Assembly (NCBI GenBank): GCA_048882505.1
Contig: JBHLRO010000003.1
Location: forward strand, 180,001 to 212,000
Length of the DNA stretch: 32,000 nt
Reading direction: 5' to 3'
Source of the DNA: Candidatus Thorarchaeota archaeon
GTDB lineage: Archaea; Asgardarchaeota; Heimdallarchaeia; Hodarchaeales; Hodarchaeaceae
Below, one piece after another: positions 18,570 through 26,844 of this stretch. The translations under genes and the position numbers were made by a program. The notes under the pieces are model-generated. The model was not told where the DNA came from. It saw only the letters and a program-made list of their open reading frames with translations, and made no database searches. Each line of letters opens with the position of its first letter. The first letter of the stretch is position 1.

Positions 18570-20708
18570 GTGGCCCCACGTATTATCGAATGGAATCTCC
18601 CTTTAGAAGAAATCTCCAAAGCCGCAACCAGAGAAAAAAGCGTGAGGCACGGTCACCCGAGCACTCTGCATTTATGGTGGGCTCGTCGTCCCCTAGCAAG
18701 TTCACGAACTACCACTTTTGCTGCACTGATTGATTTACCGGAATCTGATAAGGATCGCATGGAACTCATAAATGTTATTAAGGATTTAGCGCCATGGAGC
18801 TCCGTTAAAGATGGAAATGGGCCGATAATCAAACTGGTTCGAAGTATTCTAGATGAAAAATGGAACAATCCACCTAAAATTCTTGATCCTTTCGCTGGGG
18901 GAGGATCAATCCCACTGGAAGCATTAAGGCTAGGTTGTGAAACATATGCAAATGACCTAAACCCGGTCGCTGCATTCATCCTGAAAGCAACATTAGAGTG
19001 GCCGCGCATTCACCCACGATTTGTTATGGATCGTGTAAAATATTGGGCAAAACGAATTAAGGAGGAGGCTTATCAAGAAATCGGCCATTTTTATCCCGCT
19101 GACCCAAACGGGTGGATCCCAAGTGGATATCTCTGGGCGCGAACTATTCCCTGCTCATTCTGCGAATCAGAAATGCCTTTGATTAAGCATTTCTGGCTGG
19201 CGAAAAAAAAAGGAAAGAAAATCGCCTATAAACCCCAAATTAGCCATAAACCGAACTCAATAACCTTCACAATTCAACGTGGTGACAAAATTGATTTCGA
19301 TCCCTCCCAGGGAACGGTAAATAGGGGAGACGCGAGATGTTTGATTTGCGGTAAAGTTACTAAAGCTATTTCGACCCGTAAGCTCGCTGCCAAAGGGAGA
19401 ATGAATGCTCGGATGATCGGAGTCATTCTGAGGCATCCTCAGATCCAAGGAAAACGCTACCGATTAGTGACTCCCGAAGATGTTCAGATTTGGCAACAGG
19501 CCAGGGTACACCTAGATCTGACTCTTTCTCAATGGCCTTGGGAATTTTCCCCTCTTCCCGATGAACCACTCCCTCCCCAAGGGTCGTTAGGAGTGAACCT
19601 CAAAGCTTATGGTTTTAATCAATGGAAAGATCTGTTTAATGCCCGTCAGCAGCTTGCCAACCTAACATTCCTTCGACTGCTTCGTAGTTCCATCCCTGCA
19701 ATTCGTGAAGATTGTTCTCGTCTTCGCGATAACGAAAAAGTAAGTAAAGCTATTTTAGGGTATTTATCACTAATTCTGGGACGATTAGTTGATAAAAATG
19801 CCAATCTAGTCGTTTATAACGTATATGGAGAAAAGATCGAACACGTTTTTGGTCGAACTGCCCTTCCAATCAAGTGGGATTACGCGGAGTTAAACGTTTT
19901 TTCTGGTGGTAACGGAGATTGGGAGGCCCACACTAATTGGGTATTACGTTTCTTGAACGCAAATACATGGGACACGAGAGGGTCTACAACAATAACTTGT
20001 GAGTCAGCGACCCGATTGGCCTATCCTGAGGGATTTTTTGATTGTATAATTACAGATCCTCCCTATTACGACAATGTACCCTATTCAGATCTTTCAGATT
20101 TCTTCTATGTCTGGCTTAAGCGAGCTGTAGGAGATCTGTTTCCTGATCTTTTCAGCACTCCATTGACACCCAAAGCGACGGAAATTGTTGCAAATAAAAG
20201 ACGACATTCGAATCCAAGGCAATACTTCGAATCAGAGCTCTCGAAAGCTTTTCGAGAAATGTATCGGGTTTTACGGCAAGATGGCATCGCTGTAATTGTA
20301 TACGCACATAAATCAGCCGATGGATGGGAGGCATTCATGAATGCTTTAGCAGAAGCTGGCTTTGTTGTCACAGCAGCAATGCCCATCCAAACAGAAATGA
20401 AAACTCGGCTGCGGGCGAAAACTTCCATCGCTCTGGCTTCTTCCCTCCATATAGTTTGCCGGAAAATGCCGAAACGTCCAAATACGCCTTTTGCAACGAT
20501 TAAATCAGAGTTTGAACATAAGATTCGCCAGACCCTAAAAGATCAGAGTGCCCAGCGTGGAAGTGGGGGTGATGCATTCAATGTGGCCATCGGACCCGCT
20601 CTTGAGATTTGGAGTAAGTATGAGGGGCTTACATTACCCTCAGGCTTGCCTCTTACCGCAAGAGATTTGCTCGAAATCATCTATGAAACATTCGGACTTC
20701 GTCCCTGA
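18570..20708 (+). CDS. DUF1156-domain adenine-specific DNA methyltransferase with zinc ribbon; stand-alone and C-terminally short
   Basis: RHGHPSTLHLWWARRPLA, SAM-binding DPFAGGGSIPLEA, CSFC...CLIC zinc ribbon, catalytic TDPPYYDN. Confidence 0.9.
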   Translation: MAPRIIEWNLPLEEISKAATREKSVRHGHPSTLHLWWARRPLASSRTTTFAALIDLPESDKDRMELINVIKDLAPWSSVKDGNGPIIKLVRSILDEKWNNPPKILDPFAGGGSIPLEALRLGCETYANDLNPVAAFILKATLEWPRIHPRFVMDRVKYWAKRIKEEAYQEIGHFYPADPNGWIPSGYLWARTIPCSFCESEMPLIKHFWLAKKKGKKIAYKPQISHKPNSITFTIQRGDKIDFDPSQGTVNRGDARCLICGKVTKAISTRKLAAKGRMNARMIGVILRHPQIQGKRYRLVTPEDVQIWQQARVHLDLTLSQWPWEFSPLPDEPLPPQGSLGVNLKAYGFNQWKDLFNARQQLANLTFLRLLRSSIPAIREDCSRLRDNEKVSKAILGYLSLILGRLVDKNANLVVYNVYGEKIEHVFGRTALPIKWDYAELNVFSGGNGDWEAHTNWVLRFLNANTWDTRGSTTITCESATRLAYPEGFFDCIITDPPYYDNVPYSDLSDFFYVWLKRAVGDLFPDLFSTPLTPKATEIVANKRRHSNPRQYFESELSKAFREMYRVLRQDGIAVIVYAHKSADGWEAFMNALAEAGFVVTAAMPIQTEMKTRLRAKTSIALASSLHIVCRKMPKRPNTPFATIKSEFEHKIRQTLKDQSAQRGSGGDAFNVAIGPALEIWSKYEGLTLPSGLPLTARDLLEIIYETFGLRP

Positions 20709-20839
20709 AATAGCATTCTCACTCCAGAATACGGTCTTCAGTTCTCGAAATGCTTCCTACGAGTAGTAATGAAGTGTTAGATAAATCTCGAGTTCATTAG
20801 AATCCAGATAATAAATTCAAAAAAGGTTTAAGGATAGAA

Positions 20840-21712
20840 TCAATTAGAGGGGTCGTGTTTCAGGAAAGTTCCTCTTCTATATTCTTCGAATGCTATATTA
20901 AGCTCCTGTTGAGTGTTCATTACGATTGGGCCATACCAGGCTACCGGTTCTCCAATTGGTTTACCTGAGATCAGGAGAAATCTTACGCCATCATCCTCAG
21001 TTCGAACTGTTACCTGATCTCCATCTCTGAACATTACTAGGTATTCTCGTTTAACAGAATCAGAACGCTGATCATCGAAATATCCTGATCCTTCGATTAC
21101 ATATGCAAAAACGGTGTATCCCTTTTTTACCTGGTGATTGAACTCCGCAAAAGGAGGAATTGCCACGTCAAGATATTCAGGATCAGTAACAATGTCCTTA
21201 ACTGGACCTTGCGTACCGTTGACTTGTCCGCTGATAACCTTAACTTCCGTTTGATTCTCTAAGGTGATTGTCGGTATCTGCTCAGCCAAAATGTCTTGAT
21301 ATCGTGGTGACATCATTTTCTGAGCCGCTGGAAGATTGCACCAGAGTTGAAATCCCCATAAAAGGCCATTCTGGCGAAATGGCATTTCGGAATGTATGAT
21401 TCCCGAACCAGCCGTCATCCATTGGACATCGCCAGGTTGAATTACCCCAGCGTTTCCCAGGCTGTCCTCATGTTTCATCTCTCCGTGGAGCATGTACGTA
21501 ACGGTTTCTATGCCCCGATGCGGATGCGTGGGAAAGCCCTTAACGTAGTCGTCTGGGTTATCAGAATGGAAGTCATCAAGGAGAAGAAATGGATCGAACA
21601 ATGTTTTTTCTGCGAATGCGCGTTTGAGACGAACTCCTGCGCCTTCAATGGTTGGGGTGCTTGGAATAACGCGTAACACCCTGCGTACATCTAATGTCTT
21701 TTGCGAACTCAT
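20840..21712 (-). CDS. Pirin-family bicupin
   Basis: DPFLLLD, HPHRGIETVTY, WMTAGSGIIHSEMP, GFQLW, YGPIVMNT. Confidence 0.95.
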   Translation of the reverse strand: MSSQKTLDVRRVLRVIPSTPTIEGAGVRLKRAFAEKTLFDPFLLLDDFHSDNPDDYVKGFPTHPHRGIETVTYMLHGEMKHEDSLGNAGVIQPGDVQWMTAGSGIIHSEMPFRQNGLLWGFQLWCNLPAAQKMMSPRYQDILAEQIPTITLENQTEVKVISGQVNGTQGPVKDIVTDPEYLDVAIPPFAEFNHQVKKGYTVFAYVIEGSGYFDDQRSDSVKREYLVMFRDGDQVTVRTEDDGVRFLLISGKPIGEPVAWYGPIVMNTQQELNIAFEEYRRGTFLKHDPSN

Positions 21713-21792
21713 GAGTAACCAATCTTGACAAAAGTTAAAAGGATGATCGTGCCAAGATCGTATTTCCTATGAGAATCACATATCCAATCCGG

Positions 21793-21924
21793 CTAATGCC
21801 AGTTCCATTTCCGTTTTTGGAACTCTTCCATCGAAATCCTGGGCTCTTTTCCAAATTTTTGTTCCAGATCGGATAATTCTTCTTTGGTTTTCTTAGGGGA
21901 TTGAGGGGCTTTTTTTTCGGGCAT
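21793..21924 (-). CDS. 43-aa microprotein (not in ORF track)
   Basis: My translation: MPEKKAPQSPKKTKEELSDLEQKFGKEPRISMEEFQKRKWNWH. ATG start preceded by GGGA; same strand as the flanking genes and fills the gap between them. Confidence 0.5.
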   Translation of the reverse strand: MPEKKAPQSPKKTKEELSDLEQKFGKEPRISMEEFQKRKWNWH

Positions 21925-22062
21925 TTAAAACATCCCAATTTGGTTAGAAGTTTGGTCCTTTTAACCACGAAACAGAGTGGTCATCAAAAATCACAAAAAT
22001 AACGAAAATGAACCAGGATTTCGAAAGAAGGAAAAATGAACCCCTTTATGACAAATGCATGA

Positions 22063-25000
22063 TTAACGTGACAGAGATATCCTTCCGGGCTTTGTAATAA
22101 TACCTTCTCGAGTTTTACCATCAACTCGCACAATAAACGGAGTTTCAGTATGAATATGGCGAATATATTCGGTTTCCGAGACCAATAAGCCAGGGTCTGC
22201 AAGCCAGTCCCAATCAATCCAAACGTTTTTCCTGGCATGATGTACATAAAGGTAAGGAATGTTTGCTGTTACTATGTTCTGAAAAAAATGGCTACCCTGG
22301 CTGTGTTCTACTTTGAAATCCTTTAATCCCACCTCACATAGGACTTGAACGCCTGAAATGTCCGACCATTTGACAGGTATCCCGAGGAGCCTATCTAAGG
22401 AACCCCAGCGACCAGGGCCAATAAGAACATAGGGTCGGCGCTCCTCTAAAAGCAGTTCATTGAAATGCCGAATTTCCTCGACCATTTCAGCTGTTTTCAA
22501 TTTATCGAATCGGTCAGGAACTACGTAGACGAGATCTTGAATATCTGTGATAATACGATTTCCTGAGGTTTGAACTGATCGTACTAAGACGTCATCTTTC
22601 GTATTTGTATCCAATTGTTCGAGTAGCGCAGTTTCTTGAGGTTCGATCAAAGGACGTATCTGTAACATATAAAAAGTGGTAGGTTTATTCGGTATTTTCT
22701 GAAAGTTTCCTGCAAATTCAAATTCTATAGGTGCTCCAAATGCTCTTTCCCCCAATTGCAAAATTTTTGTAATTAAGGAGGCTAACGGTAGTGTCTCATA
22801 TTTGAGCTGCTTACCAAAAGTGATTACGGGTGCTCCTTCTCCGCTGTAACCGTCTCGTAACATCTGGTTGTCATAATCATAGGTGTCCGCTACTTGTGAC
22901 AATGTAAACTTATCCAACTCAAATATGCTCTTTTTTACGAGGAAAGATTCTTCATCGGTGAGGACGGGATTGGATTGCTTTGATAAATCGATTGCATAGA
23001 ATTCTCGTTGACTATTCCCCAGAAGTTGATTTTGCGTCGAGTAAAAGCTGACCTGAGGATATTTTGGGCAAAACCGAAAGGAAATTTCCCCATCTACAAT
23101 GGTTTTGCCCATCCCGACCGCAAGGAAGGCAACGCGATCCTCAGGTTTCATATAGGATCCCATGGTGTAATAATTGAGAGACGATGCTACGCCAGAATAA
23201 CTGGGATAAGAAAGATCTTCTTCGTGTCGTTGTCCAACAACCTGTTGTAATACTACTGCCATCTTGATTTCTTCAATGGAATACCCTATAGATTCAGTAT
23301 ACGAGCGAGCCTCCTTAAGGACGGTCGAGGCATATACTAACTTAATTGCGTTACATAATAGTCTTAGTCTTGTCCGTAGATTTTGATTTTGAGGGTTGTT
23401 GGGTATCATATACGTGTGAAAAATCCCTGCAAAAGGCTGGTATTGAGAATCCTCTAAAATACTGGAGGATCTAACTGCTAAAGGGCCCGTTAAATCTTTT
23501 AAAATGAATTTAAGGTCATCACGTAAATCCTTAGTGAGTTTGGCCTTAAGAAACTCCTCTTTAATCTCCTCGTCTGTCATGGAATTTGAAATAACTGTCT
23601 CATAAAGGCGATGCGATGCCATAAAACGATCGAATTCATCGGTTCCGATCACATATGTTTTTGGAATACGAATTGAGAACGTTTCTGCCAATGTGTCCAA
23701 TATTAAAAAAGAGTTGAGCAAATATTGAAGAAACGCGACCCCTCTTCCTTTTCCGCCTAAGGATCCAGGTCGCAATCGCGTAAATCGATTATCTGGGTGG
23801 TGGGTTTCTCGAGAAAAAGTGTGAACGACGGCTCCAGTTTTTTCGGTCACGACTGGCCAGAGGGCATTAAGCAAATAATTACGTAGTTCTAGTGGAGTAT
23901 CGAAATCGGTCACCTTAACTGGTTTCAAACGCAAGGCCAAATCAAATTCTGCTCGATTCATCAACCAGCCGCTGAAATGGTCATTGGAACCATGGTATAC
24001 CAAAGCGTCCTCATTCACCACAGATATCACTTGGTATAGTTCCATTAGGTTGCTTGCCCTGCCCACTTCCGTGCCATCTGGAAGTCTAAAAACGAAATCT
24101 CCAAACCCCAAATACCTGATTAGGAATGTTCGAAGCTCTTTTAGCAGTAATGGTGATTTTTTATAAATGAAATAAACATCTAACTGCTTTGCTAGCTTGG
24201 CATTCTCTTTTTCACTCGACTGTAAGGCTATAGGAAGTGTTGGATTGATCTGCTTTACTTTTTTTATGAAGTTGAACCCAGCTTTGCCTTCAAGTTCCCC
24301 GTTTTTTGGAAAACGAACATCAGAGATAATGCCAATAACATACTGCTTATACTTCTCATAATACTCTATTGCTTCTTCATTGGTCTGCGCTAACAGGATT
24401 TTGGGACGGGTTCGCATGGCTAATAAGGAATAGTAATCATTTAACACCAACCCCTCGGAGATCAAACGATGCGTTTGAGTCATGATTTCTCCATAAATGA
24501 GTGGGAGGAACAGTGAGAAGTATTTTATGTTGTCTTCAATTACGATTATCACCCGCACCAAACCATAGCTTGTATCATGCTCCACATTGAGCTTGTCTTC
24601 AAGCAGCTTGATTATGGCAACAAAAACCGCAGAATCTCCATTCCACAAAAATATCTCATCAATATCTTGTTCTATTCCCTCACGCTCAGCATACTCTGCG
24701 AGACTGGTGAGACTTGCAGTATGTGTTAGGAGAAGAACTACTGGTAGATTTGGTTTTAGATTCTTGACCTTCCTGCCAAAGGTGAAAGGATTGAATCCTC
24801 CCCCAAGACGGCGCATCGTGATGACTAGGTCAAATTCCTCCTCTTGTAGGAGTTCAAGCGCTCTATCAGGGGAACCGGCGCGTGTAATATTGGGTAATGT
24901 GCGAAGGTTTAGAGAATGAAATTCCTCAAAGACTTGATCTGACAATCTCCCATCTTCCTCCAAGAGAAAACTATCGTAATAACTAGAGACAAGCAGAACA

Positions 25001-25098
25001 CGATTTATTCGGTTCTTCATTAGTTCGTGAAAGATTTTGTATTTAGGACGGTATTCGAATCCTAAATCGTCATCAGGAATATCTTGGGTCTCGGTCAT
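22063..25098 (-). CDS. Receiver-domain-fused PEP/pyruvate-binding (PPDK_N) dikinase-like protein with C-terminal phospho-His domain
   Basis: N-terminal pseudo-receiver (DLVITM); second receiver with IEDN, ISD (Asp codon 24319-24321), LQSS and IYK; ATP-grasp motifs SLGGKGRG, LAVRSSSILED, FAGIFHTY, MAVVLQQVVG, IEFEFA and LQIRP; SQGSHFFQN...NIPY His domain (His 22288-22290). Start ATG 25098 gives 1011 aa. Confidence 0.88.
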   Translation of the reverse strand: MTETQDIPDDDLGFEYRPKYKIFHELMKNRINRVLLVSSYYDSFLLEEDGRLSDQVFEEFHSLNLRTLPNITRAGSPDRALELLQEEEFDLVITMRRLGGGFNPFTFGRKVKNLKPNLPVVLLLTHTASLTSLAEYAEREGIEQDIDEIFLWNGDSAVFVAIIKLLEDKLNVEHDTSYGLVRVIIVIEDNIKYFSLFLPLIYGEIMTQTHRLISEGLVLNDYYSLLAMRTRPKILLAQTNEEAIEYYEKYKQYVIGIISDVRFPKNGELEGKAGFNFIKKVKQINPTLPIALQSSEKENAKLAKQLDVYFIYKKSPLLLKELRTFLIRYLGFGDFVFRLPDGTEVGRASNLMELYQVISVVNEDALVYHGSNDHFSGWLMNRAEFDLALRLKPVKVTDFDTPLELRNYLLNALWPVVTEKTGAVVHTFSRETHHPDNRFTRLRPGSLGGKGRGVAFLQYLLNSFLILDTLAETFSIRIPKTYVIGTDEFDRFMASHRLYETVISNSMTDEEIKEEFLKAKLTKDLRDDLKFILKDLTGPLAVRSSSILEDSQYQPFAGIFHTYMIPNNPQNQNLRTRLRLLCNAIKLVYASTVLKEARSYTESIGYSIEEIKMAVVLQQVVGQRHEEDLSYPSYSGVASSLNYYTMGSYMKPEDRVAFLAVGMGKTIVDGEISFRFCPKYPQVSFYSTQNQLLGNSQREFYAIDLSKQSNPVLTDEESFLVKKSIFELDKFTLSQVADTYDYDNQMLRDGYSGEGAPVITFGKQLKYETLPLASLITKILQLGERAFGAPIEFEFAGNFQKIPNKPTTFYMLQIRPLIEPQETALLEQLDTNTKDDVLVRSVQTSGNRIITDIQDLVYVVPDRFDKLKTAEMVEEIRHFNELLLEERRPYVLIGPGRWGSLDRLLGIPVKWSDISGVQVLCEVGLKDFKVEHSQGSHFFQNIVTANIPYLYVHHARKNVWIDWDWLADPGLLVSETEYIRHIHTETPFIVRVDGKTREGIITKPGRISLSR

Positions 25099-25294
25099 TA
25101 CTATACAACCAGGCCTGACTTCTACTATAAGGCTGTTTTTCGATTGGATCGTAAGACTGTAATAAATTACGTAATAAATAAATAATCTCCTGGCTCCGCC
25201 GCTGTTGTAAACAAGTTTGGCCGTGGGCGAACAGTTTACCTTCTCGAATTCATGATATCCAAATTTTATCAAATCAAACCTGGAAGCGGTTTTA

Positions 25295-26641
25295 ATGTCC
25301 CACATCGAACATATATATGAAAAAGTGGTAGAAAAGAACCCTGGTGAAAAAGAATTCCATCAGGCTGTTAAAGAAGTGCTAGAGTCGCTTCAACCTGCCA
25401 TTGACAAACATCCTGAGTTTGTCAAAAACAAGATGCTTGAGCGGATGGTCGAACCTGAACGGCAACTTATGTTCCGTGTACCTTGGATGGACGATAAGGG
25501 AGAAATCCACATAAATCGGGGATTCAGGATTCAGTTCAATTCTGCAATCGGACCATACAAAGGTGGACTCCGGTTTCATCCTTCAGTCTATCTTGGCATT
25601 ATTAAATTCCTGGGTTTTGAACAGGTTTTCAAAAATGCATTGACGGGCTTGCCAATGGGCGGAGGCAAAGGTGGTTCAGATTTTGATCCTAAGGGGAAAA
25701 GCGACAAGGAAGTAATGCGGTTTTGCTATTCTTTTATGCAAGAACTATTTCGCCATATTGGTCCTGACTGTGATGTCCCTGCTGGGGATATCGGGGTAGG
25801 AGGTCGTGAAATCGGTTTCTTGTTTGGGCAATATAGAAAGATCATGAATCAATTTCATGCTGGAGTATTGACTGGCAAGGGTCTCGATTATGGCGGGTCT
25901 TTAATTCGTCCTGAAGCCACAGGGTACGGATGCACGTATTTTGTGGAGGAAATGCTAAAGGACCGTGGTACTGATTTCAAGGATAAAATTGTCACAGTAT
26001 CAGGCTCAGGAAATGTTGCGCAATATACCGTAGAAAAGGTTAATCAACTGGGTGGCAAAGTTGTAACCCTTTCAGACTCCAATGGTTTTATCTACGATCC
26101 TGACGGGATTACCTTTGGCAAAAAGTTCGAATACTTCTTGGAACTAAAACAAATACGAAGGGGCAGGATAAAAGAATATGCCGAGAAATTTAATGTTGAC
26201 TATTATCCGAATAAACGTCCCTGGGAAATAAAATGTGATATTGCAATGCCTAGTGCGACCCAGAATGAAATAATGGCTGCAGATGCTCAGATGCTCGTAG
26301 ATAATGGCGTTATGGCCATTGGCGAAGGGGCAAACATGCCCTCAACCATCGATGCTATCAACATTTTTCTTGATGCTAAAGTTGCTTTTGGCCCAGCCAA
26401 AGCGGCTAACGCGGGTGGTGTCGCCACTTCAGGTTTGGAAATGTCACAGAATAGTCTTCGACTGGGCTGGTCTCGTGAAGAGGTGGATCAACGGCTACAT
26501 GGCATAATGGTCAATATTCATGCGAACGCGCGGGCTGCTGCGGAGAAGTACGGCGCACCAGGGAATCTAGTCGTCGGAGCGAATATAGCGGGATTCTTAA
26601 AGGTTGCACGAGCAATGATGGCTCAAGGTTTGTTTGGATAA
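25295..26641 (+). CDS. gdhA: NADP-specific glutamate dehydrogenase (bacterial GdhA type)
   Basis: GPYKGGLRFHPSV, PMGGGKGG, DVPAGDIGVGGRE, RPEATGYG, GSGNVA, EGANMP, KAANAGGVA. Confidence 0.98.
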   Translation: MSHIEHIYEKVVEKNPGEKEFHQAVKEVLESLQPAIDKHPEFVKNKMLERMVEPERQLMFRVPWMDDKGEIHINRGFRIQFNSAIGPYKGGLRFHPSVYLGIIKFLGFEQVFKNALTGLPMGGGKGGSDFDPKGKSDKEVMRFCYSFMQELFRHIGPDCDVPAGDIGVGGREIGFLFGQYRKIMNQFHAGVLTGKGLDYGGSLIRPEATGYGCTYFVEEMLKDRGTDFKDKIVTVSGSGNVAQYTVEKVNQLGGKVVTLSDSNGFIYDPDGITFGKKFEYFLELKQIRRGRIKEYAEKFNVDYYPNKRPWEIKCDIAMPSATQNEIMAADAQMLVDNGVMAIGEGANMPSTIDAINIFLDAKVAFGPAKAANAGGVATSGLEMSQNSLRLGWSREEVDQRLHGIMVNIHANARAAAEKYGAPGNLVVGANIAGFLKVARAMMAQGLFG

Positions 26642-26844
26642 CTGTTTTTAAGTCTCCTAGTCAAAACCTTTTGCTAAATCCCACCTTCTTCTTTTTCTCC
26701 CATTTTATGACACCCCTTTTTCAAACATTCATCCATACTTAAGGAAACTAATGAATCGTTTGGATGAAATATGGTCTTCTTAGTTGATTTAATATAATTA
26801 ACATCCCCTCCCATTCTATTTCAAAATTTACTATGAATCCTCAG

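Noticed and set aside
17205-20708. A single PDO-thioredoxin-methylase operon under ArsR control
   Set aside because: The T9 run after PDO suggests termination there, so co-transcription cannot be claimed from sequence alone.
21735-21968. 77-aa Lys-rich minus-strand ORF in the track
   Set aside because: No recognisable motif; the overlapping 43-aa frame has an ATG start and more protein-like composition.
22063-25098. Annotation as phosphoenolpyruvate synthase (ppsA) or PPDK
   Set aside because: No pyruvate-binding TIM-barrel domain is present, and the N-terminal receiver domains are not part of PpsA/PPDK.
25099-25305. 69-aa N-terminal extension of the dikinase-like ORF shown in the track
   Set aside because: It spans the whole divergent promoter region and overlaps the gdhA start; domain-like sequence only begins after ATG 25098.
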